DNA from: Stegostoma tigrinum
Lineage: Eukaryota
Reading direction: 5' to 3'
Assembly (NCBI RefSeq): GCF_030684315.1
Contig: NC_081356.1
Coordinates: 79,468,835 to 79,532,834 of the forward strand
DNA length: 64,000 nt
Positions 63,475 through 64,000 of this stretch are shown here, one piece after another. The translations under genes were made by a program, and so were the position numbers. How positions within the stretch are numbered: position 1 is the first letter of the stretch; each line of letters begins with the position of its first letter. A model generated the notes under the pieces. That model was not told where the DNA came from. It ran no database searches and saw only the letters and a program-made list of their open reading frames with translations.

Positions 63475-63714
63475 GTATTCACATAATGAGTTACATAATG
63501 GGTCTTGTGTTATTGAAGAGAGTTTCCCACTTGAGGCATGCATTGGAAACTCGCCAGTCTGTGAATGGCTCACTAGACGGAGGCTGGAGCTGGATAAAGT
63601 ATAACGTAGGCATTATAGCATGAGTATTTTTTTAAAATAAACTTTTCAAACTTTGTTTAAATGAAAGAAACAAGAGGAAATATTTCTAGTGTACTGTACC
63701 ATCAGTGTCAAGCC

Positions 63715-63901
63715 TAGGTCTATGGTAGCAAACTCACTGCTGAGTTAGAGGGTCACAGGTTCAATCCCCATGCTAGAAGCTGGGCTGTTTGTCAAATTTC
63801 AGACTACAAGTAGTGAATCCACTTCAAAAATAATTAATTACTTGTGAAACCATTTGAGACGGCTGAGGGTGTAAGAACTGCTACATAATAACTTCTTTCT
63901 T
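63715..63901 (+). mobile_element. Decayed tRNA-derived SINE with L2-like tail
   Basis: caggttcaatcccc B box; cacttcaaaaataattaattacttgtgaaaccatttgagac...gctacataa tail. Confidence 0.5.
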
Positions 63902-64000
63902 TATTGGTATAAATGAGGGATTAGGAACAGAATCTAATTTGGCTGAAGAAACAGTAGGAGACACCAGGCAGTGTCACATCTCTAACCAACTTATAAACTA

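Noticed and set aside
63377-63604. 75-aa stand-alone ORF
   Set aside because: Only 63397-63474 matches EPB41L4A; the rest is intron read-through.

Overview
Eukaryotic, repeat-rich vertebrate DNA, most likely a shark/elasmobranch (inferred from HE1-type V-SINEs, Deu-domain SINEs and abundant CR1 LINEs). The window lies inside one + strand gene: ten GT-AG coding exons (869 nt, 6049-63474) splice into one open frame matching the FERM-C, FERM-adjacent and Ser/Arg-rich middle part of EPB41L4A. Neither the start nor the stop codon is in the window. The introns contain decayed CR1 LINEs, SINEs, Gypsy/LTR remnants and a probable Harbinger-type element. The most striking signal is about 18 insertions from at least three Penelope-like element (PLE) lineages. 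Most carry a minimal hammerhead ribozyme core (CUGANGA-stem II-GAAAC-GUC), many are fold-back hairpins, most have 8-16 bp target-site duplications (TSDs), and many break or turn at the ribozyme. One copy keeps an open GIY-YIG endonuclease frame. All family assignments come from recalled motifs, not database searches, and repeat boundaries are approximate unless a TSD is given.
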